Both the position numbers and the translations under genes were made by a program. The notes under the pieces are model-generated. The model made no database searches and had not been told where the DNA came from. It saw only the letters and a list, made by a program, of their open reading frames with translations. Shown here piece by piece: positions 62,901 to 64,000 of a DNA stretch of 64,000 bases; within the stretch, counting starts at the first letter, position 1; every line of letters begins with the position of its first letter. Origin of the DNA: an uncultured bacterium (GTDB lineage: Bacteria > GCA-001730085); the NCBI GenBank assembly GCA_964565945.1, contig CAZMGY010000012.1:1966-65965 (forward strand), written 5' to 3'.

Positions 62901-64000
62901 GATTTCTCTCAGAAAGCTTTGACATCCTATGCACCATCGGCCAAGTGGTATGCACGCTTTTTCCGTTGGAGTATTCGCCGCTCGCCGATGAGTGACAAAG
63001 ATATTAAAGCGGCTGTTAAAGAAATTGATGCCAAAGATTGGGTCAGAGATGTGATTAAAGAGGTGGTGAAAACCACAGGTGTTAATCGTGTCGGAGATAT
63101 TCTGCAGTCTGGTGATAAAATCGATCCTCATTTTGAAGACAAAAAAGACTTTAAGTTGAGAGAAGTTGCAGCTCAATCTTTGAGTTGGTTGCAAGAGCGT
63201 CGTAAACAAGAGGCTGGTATAGATCTGAATGCCATGGGCGGTTTGGGTGGATTCCCTGGAATGGATTTTGGATCGATGGCGGGTGGCCAGGAAACGGGTG
63301 AACTTGTGATTGATCTTAAACAGCTAGCTGCAGAAATGGGTATGAATCAGCAGGAGTTGCAGAACAAACTTCACGAAGTTATCTTGGGTACCAAGGAGGC
63401 GGGTGTGCGTTTGGAGCAAACACGCCTATGGCAACAACGCTATCTAACAGTTAAAATGTACAAAGAATGGAAAGCGATTATCTTGTATTTGGCACAACAG
63501 TCTCAATCGGATGCAACCATGATGGATAAGCTGCGACCCTTGTTGGAAGATATCTATGTGCATGATCGTGACAATATCATTGAATCTGGTCAAGCGTCGG
63601 TGTCACCGTTGGCCAATATGAAAACTTTAGAAGAAGTTCAAAAACACTGGTTTGAGATGAAAGAGAAGGACTACGAATTGCGTGATAAGAAAGCCAAGTT
63701 GACCCAATTGGAAGAAGATCTTAAACCTCTTTTGCCTAAAACGGAGACCCAGCAAGATGGAGATAATCTGGATTCCTCTCAAGCCGTTAAGCTTACTGAA
63801 GAACAAGAAACGAAGAAAAAGTCGCTCGAAGAACAAACAGCTAAGTTTAAAGAAGAGATTGCTAAGCTTGAAGAATCGCTTGCTGTCCTTGGAGATCAGA
63901 TGGATAAGAAGCTTCGTTTAGGAGTGTTTGCTGACCTTTATCGCGAGTTGATGGGAATTCATGGCTTGTTGGAGAAACGCTCGGAGACGGGGCAGTTAGA
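35943..64000 (+). CDS. Giant protein (at least 9,352 aa within the window; 3' end beyond the window): signal-like N-terminus, about 5,700 aa of YD/RHS-type repeats, a multi-TM block, and more than 3,000 aa of a helical C-terminal region with a DExH-like motif pair
   Basis: Hand-translated frame (position mod 3 = 0) open from ATG 35943 to the window edge with no stop. In-frame TAA at 35874. All seven short + strand ORFs the track lists after 35.9 kb lie in the same other frame (start position mod 3 = 1). Own promoter and RBS. Recurrent YD motifs (YDSDGNLAEF, YDERGNVLGY, YDKAGRLSTF, YDYAGRVKGF, FDRAGRILGY, YDGLGRLNAY, YDALGRRQTY, YDSLGRSLTQ...) and YNALGQ variants. Confidence 0.85.
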   Translation, partial: MQKVQDKSRILAQSRLSSFMKVMSLLVVEFFIATSMDLAYAQYSAPSAIRNASHGSNYLRGLNLHQERQRRKKLKKRRDQHSSQRNRAISGLTQQSLAHKLQSFGAEALYQFEEMRAVAEQATQTLDDALKNLTAFVEPDKDGIGVRHYRLGRLDKLENVYENNADGSAYRRTVLFNYVDDGDPDSEIASYVEMRQSVFVDESGQEYLSGIYSSTEWRGRYDSDGNLAEFTRVDTDDFGEVVTTRWEAMIHDEKGQALTHDEDGQEIKYFDERGNVLGYTEMITDSEGNTTSTVRSPFYTSYDDVEDRVTSFLDIYTDEYGHKTQTHMTEMDYVTLDDLGHYRSEITDLDTKKMTTVIYDATYMSQRDGGTGNRVIQSSEVRINHRGEKNTTLWVLGDKGYDKYGNALSYEKRITSADGRYEVERWDNGQFHHGNLLSYDSERELFNALGQLIEREKVLSYEAFYDGRGNLIDYIRESTITTYRDVIEENLLDYLWEDFSETMESLDQEGQRQFLISQGVDISDEEWEILDQDIWDRETLREKISRFVEQVVDLVKWELISQSAWDAYSLEQKRAFLAETDFVIDDVSWSGLTEEAKLNLVNERKNQRIEQHQLSILDQALDNYRADERAKLIDEKSVEYATLVLKRTDTVISSGLWNQLTNFQKQIFLNARSIETADNFFDLDTEAQFESLPRHYRGKYREQDHVVVTSEVTEHWHKAKYSDNDLLLYNEQVTDTNVYREEGDARELIQKTKETNIRNAQMDDSYAKGRLQHYKDYNYVEYRDQENESVQSTFSENETRVLSFNSRRAATAYETESRVVKDLYARDDVQTAIEKLFSEDMYELAKLVKSLSVGEFNTMFRGFDYLNERFNAYPNYSQFLKVVDDNSELLKNLQDEIKTKGLPGSLQFNFAKMMSSLSFANFPDFAKVMTDLPATTETSLRRENIVFDIDNRMMGYEESGTNEDGQDYTTQMYDIKYDGRGLMSEYGNSSTVEGVRTDVHRFNMAYDLQDRALGYTEEIYSQGEFNVVQMKQMVYDFAQRLSGYERYVFGETGQQVSWERQSDMVYDNLDNVLSYNAHRVSGGQESVDIRWEAVVFDAQGRVIEGSPYNEDGRILGFRETGVDVATQRRYEVVSSGYEYSVVPEKMNRAVLSYNTQRNEYDSQGTLMETENVIWSAKVNEKNQSYVNGQVVGYIEESTNSVDGKHKTDVQNSYDERGNRVGVDTSIHFYTFMGAKNRVEKSVWEGDYDEDGLLVNSRQSSTVNGVAVDTISYSGESLEQYVMALEQGLYTIDLRYLLNDISGDGSVDAVDVAVFTQKSYQEFLQAVLNDTLTLSALEQAVNLYISDDALHKSSLVDMIQLMKRGEGDQMSQTEMIQDILKFLIKDSNGDGQIDAVDVRFMTEPALSMLLNDTLAQSKSVGDLAQDFLKLYLTDRNGDQRITSDDLQNDDQIRTTINTVLKDRWTESVRENISYKELSFRRVRDGQVVVEKVRIGNPVTYREITRRAESPQLWQVSDVSDISLDGDGTMLNYTSMIQNIETIDDKSLLNFSWGKVSANIDQYADPEGVRTWELRRYKTLQRNARGFVTRYSERRTEPQTDPQKVQSFEATPLVIDIHWSGTYRNGQMFTFNESKRRRGEVFVKNHYQGKDLLQMMESLVEQKSYNVYFDLVKSDGQAGVDAKITQEDLDYLRKHLLRDPNYIIEWVESDSLDVFSRDERVYTLYNTLGQVTGFQTRSFNSASPRKETILTRSNIMTNDLGLEMSFNEHVQKKGEGSQFWIDSSEANLPTEWATLTLDEKRQLLRGETMVLNGRNVSLVKIGTSHIYKDIYTFQANTVYDYAGRVKGFTRSDREMGQNQQGWRVLDVFNVTERRDMAYDKAGRLSTFTETRRLGQAPDVIETIERLSTEYNDAGYVDAFEQVESRKGEQQETRVPFGALPAFLKKNALLTPAQIAAIYSGQRVDISEVVNENRDLFADMDGLEQVGDSYYIKLDTVTSQSEVNTLNRRTRENITYNALGFEKSFKELSVDELGVHRLTLQFDIRQNGLGQVVSFDQSVRRYLPEAREDISDTFVVLPQEISESEWKDLALAKKLAFLRGDQLVRVVQGSTIRYLTQEEFSEFSEENEPKQYEARPLRVQLIQESLLEDYARSYFESQDMAMWSYLSQEGGAMIRHRDVQEVALDELTFLSRRKATYNDFDQMVTYVDESWNASTPGLKQVSIRTSTEYDSVGNIVGFRVEDISHGELSVRKFDLNRLEVIDGQGEIAVFDMAGIGGFERLMPEEQMKLRSGKSIMIDDQEVRLAFKTVMQTFETSRVTERKNMRYNFLGQLTDYTDITIESTSPDLSLETTVSGVLYNALGQQIRLVQSQKREGTTQNEVSYQGEALIEKLHALAGLSEKGELKSQFAQWSLFDLNGDGVIDTQDIDLVEPDTLVSYLQIVELKDVQTQLRDMITYTTLGQSKGFRQISINSTEPHVREVLVRHHTAYNLAGFELSYQETVTRTGQIAQDMTSTFVMPNDWSEDQWQQLWQKGGTFDQMTEQQQRVLFTGGAVVLGDQTYQFELYTQAQKGEKPHMEVLTSSQNSHYRMIAEVVAEYGKAGAWSSQVEGYVRTLLEQILQNRSESDVINPADVQAVVNRFLEELEGTLVGDENQSQKHGEMGQNDSTEVQSQHFKILRSLLLGPEDGVNGFVLDLVDQVMNQVGAVTERSLRTITKKIVFERNEMEQRSREDATYNAFGQLMSYVDNVYEPLLNQKVTTQRLLTQFDRAGRILGYQDHVVRSGLALQNDQIDYSRVERLGSGERSWDDLTFIEVKALYRGEAVLMNGVLMTLDDLRIDKVIRLYEVEDHVRQNMVYDQNNQLRSFAEQRFNHNNQRLSTQQRSGMLYNSLGQVTEYIDNTLDEGTVELEDGSFMDLSQSSRVHRSNIQYVDNRIYAYTDVSRSSQSEETQVSVRESTHYNALGQVMAYRNNNHRFLFEGRQTILSVRNVNERTGIVYNALGQNMAYSDYQWNSSEPANASWSYRSDVQYDGLGRLNAYTDRTRTLQSPDMRETLVMNNIQHNALGLQQSYTELRIQESLLEDSQGEPLYQRLQKNNYQDITYDALGRRQTYLRSAVTSDAPDMVINTTWTALAYDEKLGVVSVYRDQSERIGTDGTRVMLTTIHDQVKFDRAGREMSYREQVTDSSRPGVKQKRLRIDTGYDTFGRVAQYEESNAQYNNNLLLNYVLTNRNNTYNTMSQVESYVEKRTTNGLESLAERYEMAYNSFGQLESYEEVTESPSTRLRMSAWGLTYDSLGRSLTQNTRSVDSEGNVNITYNWGMRYDTSGRTIFRNEDRILNGVRSLGIQWYAGLIQGSGEDENEPKFDQDGEPFFIKKPSFDEFGNILSTTEIRVDDQGHINVNVSEYSYDAYSHRDSVQSLSYSYTSNDLNDLGTIQVSEVTTTSWDVTDGYLTLTFDVLNQNGDIVGTQTVEGGYVLGSEQMQRRYLITDDGQRVLKQVGNDGEEDVYFDITYSRQSFAYNDVADQTFLGSESFKYSLSQEATGADLTDFVYESSRYRQTMYGDNNRRIQEVTLQNERGVYGWDVLRDELGIDHEVWSEVGDQLVNLRKYLVTQQNEIKVGVPGAQEQANARIAEVNSSITTLLRQAGVSSEMIRTSLNQVFGSPPSSVSLDGVIENLLGVQILSSSTLSVVDTDGYDQVSGRPLLERERQYTHRSGFDVRSDNSDWNYQKFRSGNVKIDQMLAAKDSFILVQDETRNYSYDENGVRTAIVTEDGLSGFREESFNMEYRFDGLVKSRVMLRTAPGAGGKIQTSAYNQISYTYHPNGRIAQTRVRLYESYDGVRGGGLRGLLREEVIDDVYDFERNVLVQKVSTQWGFSETDGSRLLVNRQVDDSTYSLFNRVNGLIRSMYKSEDGAENSVILDNQEIFSNYYYSSHGQVLSQSVRKLDYSVVDVEEAGLADEINGLSVTDNAETMQEKIIDTYVAWWKRRYGLEKVDGLLEHVIDVFMDLLLAPTNIARTAKDILEVAIYVLGEAFKSSKEYLRNAGYSVNEKYMSYLVGDELSHRMMSYRKDGRVSGSQDLTYDIDGVVKEKRTLSYVYEQELNETFKTNRIAAQNQRNYMWDEEGKVWSLDSGADVQITYDQFNRVSSRLVTSIDKNGHYAESTEYLFEYDHLNRVTRETQRLLDPSASRSETSSLSRSRKAIGTLKSLSEEIRDYRYDAMGQQRSVSVRQNDLGVVRAENPSEIRTSYNTVLTRTKNGAREEFFDDEGNLYQVVTHQFTFDVNDNLILDEKMTLRYNEQGQEISRQIQEIRNQKFDKNGRVLHRNTQTFDILDGQRVSVGREEVQTIYQGMNYRIQEEVITQYGYNRMQQGTEVPGVTTHVVYAYDAQNRMSKRTTVSYSDPNAQLIVVPSASALDVRNGDEGQTVEEQFIYDLSRRPIQTINKVYEGGELISENRRVSTYLTADPNDMRVDKQIVVQLDGAGEIRSIVVNSNYSYTEENRYQRGSSGAVEFGDSGSIENIGPIQRILLNTGYDTVSFTDSVDGISFDASGFMLMPSKETWGSLLNAKNKVTKKRTTSYDMLDRELHSEVKSYLQDSLIGRETVSYYYSEQRMGDDRAVIEDQRFYSQDDTFVRHIVQQNRYDALGRISQKDEFFLDPSTSSGGLIEQGVVLDSFIPKTGSLQFHRQILNMDYDGGFDRIIEQDEIVSANYIDQNNTGDGRNQITHSIFAYNNKGQIISSEKTRYQANTVQHNLEDFPRVIERETGHQYNQHGEVVSFQTLLDTYYLETLDSDQVVLRDRQGSDVTIFYHKPGQVSRRVRKNFDVTAINDLLSSAININVVQLRSGELIDTEVEQNTYDVQNRLKEVDRTFTFAGKEDAYRIYRRSLTYDSLQDRPKQEIGRNWNELDDRVTLSVTDNIFQGEFISQVFTRSSEIDVANDADRNFLLNMSSSAGVSARLNLSLESKRTVTNRVQNIHSWDSQGRAVRYSMKQYDERNPRRSTFIERKFTLFNNTDGGEDFYDETVREEIDGEVLSTREREYQAFWRDSRGRTRGYILSEKVRDKEGLLQTKQVITRLDTRFDVYDNEVKAFQEEQEYVNINLADDANVVWSMRSHVGRNVVSDYFSEGENKGRLSNETITLYKYDVAQSATNGSPVLLDREVLQREVLGYQRALANSERLTSRRYDATGHLVQHRISTSNRTFDEQDRMTLNDTVTIDKLRETRTIENMNVVSFDDFDNVVAFLQTRRVEDLNDSEILLEDQVVERRNSEFEGNLLIDSYEIVNNKLKNDVRHVIRRNRTYKFGQEASSNTYNFTVNVEDPVLRSVAVSPEQQINQILRKFGLRDVTSLDVKRQDGPEIFQDTYLKTLFARSDSEDLVGSSFTRSDTIFSDRGESYGYINYLWNKVGDYRLVKGPDGVYDYTFSQALNQFTYDIFFAGQIDLGAQGASTALSLEDHFKLENKDDVSVYLSDLETWLKTPGDNHIIYDGRDQTTGENREFTRISLRQIESFGNKGSFDFSPFMSFSPGDPFTGLKDEGLAAQVQDISLHFFNDPNVHDGVEYAHRIVRGEKRELALNRWVVGGKDRDKFNFTLVRRTDTDFYGDQVGEDFSNQGRYGQVKNYTEYSISPSGEESKVVRNNIHYYVPETLQLGQSKVNVGLERFYNETTYRRSDNFHAAHIRNHGVTGQIHHYSESSSHAGDWSDSRLEESGRIQYWEEDGEIIIHMDDFITRFSESYFVADFDKEDRKIRLKYKKGQVKSFREYTSSGEDAGTEFSSANNLYDPEGNAVFTERTVVRKRGRGIPDDNFDFEKTFNEYNSYGYLLRSHVYYNFDFAKVTTYYNMRTNSNDVGTLSHGARRHVAYMDQEDGQMYVQKYDLTGENAADKGKGFEAFLRNIYMMIEETLTNGGVFIVDKIFNSFLGFFGTDPVLEDELQIMRDNAHRVAMFRQVFEEDTKAFTKSLENLLGSEGAIIASIVLHGVLFVLAVAAMVSTGGAALPLIFAAFAFGAAYSLIQTTIYYDKYRQADTKAEKEKYLKLASKYAAYAITIPFEIVFFFTGLLGLAATALRSWDDLWDSIKGFSVMYLGFMEGLLGFPEGWIYDNMVSFMVDWVDEFGGDLGGSLAVLPLLLIMVFVAAIIAGPIAMIFVLPLLFAWADVSFLYTDEQKQNVEVKIEERQNALFTEQHRHITRTIAALIGILMLRAWSQSKAQMKHKVKLADKQIKAFNKLKQVEKQNQKNLKMTREQVVESNARIRMMEAKMWKEIKTSTDLNQAKLFWHKVGSLVSLPIRVLHFIVTIPFMVYGLLNGLMMRSLSNIRQKPISYLKGKAVDAANRSRRSQEVTKTNLTQKQEASRESFTLSQRLITSINQIRRGWDQVKDVIFRSRKERILRPLDTKSGVVGFSSGRGIMDYQRMYKGRPEVSSGLALSGVKQNESGKFEEKTPQELINTLKQSERHLAESVRKWETQTYKAYLQLKSDGVQSQSKKGEKTVSDASAVIQGERFLWDNVLPSYEVQKMDFSKMGFKKFVSRAWWGRFSTKAYWRDVWEGMKWDKRDPNDPDQPGTLAKSGRFFSRASFALKRAIMKDQAKGGSWAESVRYNALLKQQMGTKKAKVFKERLEESPQQYMRTLAQWMAEGQLREGNVNSRGGQVRHKLFMEHALKDIIAFQNGSNLSAKALDGAFWKTLHEESTQSLQGMNKFSRLELQVIEAYWNVLSKYQGANSLSGIDKLEIRKALEHELVESFVNRMDGVAVMLRYSEVRNEQGELTSYDLERAEAFMQKGFFQFSEFFLPKLRAFKNVYGGYDGREESGNMVLNRKGDSPDHFNDMYKALKENQSDAFLREVAFQFQRMPESGLFSRKLKVETKTLNSMAENLGRNNFESLTTAQQTAVLIRILERRGLLENMKKMLGEKQIELVILEHLTDAKSIQATVMELYKEATKPPTDPKAPKPTVPSDVNQLRQEFGQSNANSKVVQEMNSLFEITEPFKRAQKWTEHSESYVYNQARTNAMKLFAEESARHMDSLPERFALTNDSYTMTEIKDAMVKAIEPVLAKSITHKVDRQKAARKLAHEILESGATAGLIKVEKALYLETVSLFKLPQNIGKVIEQADLPAPVKEALLREVVLDQIVSALRLERVSLGNSGEGMIEVLSKNSEGRSELLFNYAKLIELIRKEGGKLDASKEVELLRILEATLYEVTGYSKNNAYREGINYEVKWSKFNEKYVGKGEQQGMINMEKLVHDLVEVYKKRFAGELSEAAVETLGHATGMFVTLSRQADTFARHWEKAEKVSFSFLPIQLEAVLAMLSGGNLALQIPTGFGKTNVITPFFALTFLGAGEYFPNSKKLILEVPEAGKVGEMDNAQFKMILEKEFGEGARERLTAQMLDAQVTSNPLEMQRLMKARVVFTATDCLNFLDLSARNPHKAKDSNAIALRDALVKGTTRIVDEIHKFVTQQKSFVTGTDAGEVAVGVRDAKLAHYITEQALNLIQEKLGKGEAIYNSQGGFASGAEKVLLGKRMGQGVLRFNPERVGNTDVAFSAAFKVELLRRLQTSRLDGFNLSSQAAKLMDRFGGRGEKELANRLKTLYKVGEHDVYSAPQFVFHYLDHLAQSFSGRTRVKELQNRYGPNQAYEVLLDSKSKMIERDEHGVPRVVPMSGGEKQVSQKYSNREHVLSIYYSTLAQHMFQDGRFTGSWKKSLIQDASRIKLQPDSYRLKLSDHLEMATRAGRVLGFSGSVVGSQQAFEFMMGMKVWTSQRAEYKLAGDTVGKYVIDPMMRLHQNEVSQIDSHGMREKFEKALTEGATVTPQYRQMIEKRLKERLRFEKESRMELAQIEGLLKEVPKIKDALWLREKTSSSEGKEAIRPGSTNPLTQRLFNEALRHQKIYDLSAKQVNEGYLKDRTINHDKLSPQDRSANYEVIKNEIVAEASYLRAKHEQALRHQAEMEKGTPLTKRELETLREKVMSIEETRQLASRLIELKTQGDVLGRHIVKQIIGDGYVALKEKGITAEKLMERLEIQVQNMITKTLKKIPTDSSIEGHHALVVDYTVSTRMENLHTLLEEAAKANKDVIVKDLTGEWRLFLHKEKQNWVNRETGQIEFSRTLRFDQDMAKSLLDKGKTEVPAEFVAEIQARGLKLTQGRKGEMLLYRNGSEPGQLNVDIGAVYLFPAGATGTNLEMKASGKFRQKIIKIFDRQMLEKEFQQGLGRDRGVRVEPVDGVGFKLPSERHVYFMSPEGKYQYEGVKGQVKTGNMLHSNGTVDLHQLFHMLRTNQEVNTKVQNFRQASEALYEPHNRVVSEVLRLIRPHEEQLFHVKKLLKDHLKNIQNEKREAFRVSLLETKSTTLVLQDMARKANNQMIKLLDALEGKGLKMNFANLMGQGEVLSAINRMPANRTFNLLRSDVKELLQTHRDGLKGDLRFADISRAVPEGGLMNAKTMADVINVISSLGRDALLAKTSQRTYSGEISRQTVSAKSMSGLAENAYKRLRSDGAISQKQWQLAQNRAKTKMMKLHRYSKVRKRLRLDEANRSDGVKSNSFFKRMWNYRSNQEKRKPVYAQWNVETRDEQFEKVMKSDALLRSEYMVETMNALFAQPDVAIEKRYREALDKVVKTFGAKSWRPATPKVLDADSLYKLYTEYHFYNKTALLMHVKEFDWLRELFFGELNVDNDTVVLDDGVSVFAHKDITAQLEKMVTDELSPLHQAIQAKHASDNAVRVQQVTLNSRWTGEQSDQLIHVSVQFSDELTGDSYQEDVTFVYRNYKRFLWQLPNHRQLVTVADYLGAATGTFNENKVLKLGELAGREVLRKMNTRIRTELEAEQSFKIFIQKAYQDGLDLAKEVGLQDELLQRFLEEYQKGLAGTAPNASLRARLTQLGTSEHRGANFVRHFIVLDQLVQKIEKAGVFKKGSLDRSKLRQKILSAQVSVLKHARSDADDKQPKATDKVEETLSLRQAVLKLQQEPGNARLEVAINERLKLLVESELKVQTRQRADFSQKALTSYAPSAKWYARFFRWSIRRSPMSDKDIKAAVKEIDAKDWVRDVIKEVVKTTGVNRVGDILQSGDKIDPHFEDKKDFKLREVAAQSLSWLQERRKQEAGIDLNAMGGLGGFPGMDFGSMAGGQETGELVIDLKQLAAEMGMNQQELQNKLHEVILGTKEAGVRLEQTRLWQQRYLTVKMYKEWKAIILYLAQQSQSDATMMDKLRPLLEDIYVHDRDNIIESGQASVSPLANMKTLEEVQKHWFEMKEKDYELRDKKAKLTQLEEDLKPLLPKTETQQDGDNLDSSQAVKLTEEQETKKKSLEEQTAKFKEEIAKLEESLAVLGDQMDKKLRLGVFADLYRELMGIHGLLEKRSETGQL
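36400..53500 (+). other. YD/RHS-type repeat array inside the giant ORF (protein-level repeats, degenerate at the DNA level)
   Basis: Dozens of Y-D-x-x-G-(R/N)-(L/V/I) and (Y/H)-N-A-(L/F)-G-Q motifs, typically 20-60 aa apart, across about 17 kb. Each is followed by an aromatic/hydrophobic beta-strand pattern as in RHS/teneurin YD shells. Confidence 0.6.
39835..40285 (+). other. Three dockerin/EF-hand-like calcium-binding loops within the giant ORF
   Basis: 'NDISGDGSVDAVDVAVF', 'KDSNGDGQIDAVDVRFM' and 'DRNGDQRITSDDLQND', all matching D-x-N/S-G-D-G-x-I/V-D-x-x-D. A fourth, 'DLNGDGVIDTQDIDLV', lies at 43175-43230. Confidence 0.45.
53847..54875 (+). other. Cluster of 6-8 hydrophobic (predicted transmembrane) helices inside the giant ORF
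   Basis: 'GAIIASIVLHGVLFVLAVAAMVSTGGAALPLIFAAFAFGAAYSLI', 'ITIPFEIVFFFTGLLGLAATAL', 'LAVLPLLLIMVFVAAIIAGPIAMIFVLPLLFAWADV', 'LVSLPIRVLHFIVTIPFMVYGLLNGLMM'. These sit directly after the last YD-type motifs. Confidence 0.55.
57877..58295 (+). other. P-loop / DExH-box-like motif pair (candidate SF2-helicase-like NTPase module) in the C-terminal region of the giant ORF
   Basis: 'LALQIPTGFGKTNVITP' (57877-57906). About 130 aa later comes 'TRIVDEIHKFV' (58272-58295), which resembles the RecG/Mfd-type motifs GDVGFGKT ... DEQHRFG. Confidence 0.35.

Noticed and set aside
36000-64000. Interpretation of the giant ORF as an assembly artefact from collapsed repeats
   Set aside because: The DNA is not repetitive: YD motifs are encoded by diverged codons and no long direct repeats were seen. 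The frame stays open and motif-rich throughout. The possibility still needs read-level confirmation, so it is flagged under findings.

Overview
This 64 kb window is read entirely from the + strand and falls into two parts.

The first 35.8 kb is a dense, co-oriented block of recognisable bacterial genes with Gram-negative character. In order:
- a 5'-edge hypothetical ORF
- rarA, a 5-formyl-THF cyclo-ligase, nadC and coaX
- groES-groEL, with a sigma70-like promoter, a CIRCE-like inverted repeat and a clean terminator
- a ZnuA/TroA-family metal-binding protein, then purA
- aroQ-accB-accC, the same order as in E. coli
- an Asp23-like membrane protein
- a UvrD/PcrA helicase
- an AT-rich gap holding a small basic ORF and tRNA-Ala(GGC)
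- pilT and a GNAT acetyltransferase
- the complete Na+-NQR operon nqrABCDEF
- a signal-peptide/Lys-rich candidate outer-membrane protein
- an 8-gene MoxR-DUF58-BatA-BatB-BatC-BatD-BatE (Bat/aerotolerance-like) cluster, whose TPR gene carries a 4 x 102 bp tandem repeat
- trkA-trkH

No transposase, integrase, CRISPR array or rRNA was seen.

The second part, from 35943 to the window edge, is a single uninterrupted reading frame of at least 9,352 codons that runs off the 3' end. The provided six-frame track omits it, and it was never listed as an ORF because it has no stop codon in the window. I translated it by hand. It has a promoter and RBS of its own. Its layout, in order, is:
- an N-terminal signal-peptide-like segment
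- about 5,700 aa of degenerate YD/RHS-type repeats, recurring as Y-D-x-x-G-R-L and Y-N-A-L-G-Q
- dockerin/EF-hand-like DxNGDGxIDxxD calcium loops embedded in the repeats
- an RHS-core-like YDPEGN motif
- a 6-8 helix hydrophobic (transmembrane) block
- more than 3,000 aa of a charged, helical, repeat-free region that contains a DExH/RecG-Mfd-like motif pair (PTGFGKT ... VDEIHKF)

This giant YD-repeat / TM / helical-NTPase-like gene is the stand-out candidate for a previously undescribed system. Lineage cannot be fixed from sequence alone. A GGM-tailed GroEL, Na+-NQR, a Bat cluster and a giant gene together are compatible with several Gram-negative phyla, including PVC/Omnitrophota-like groups.
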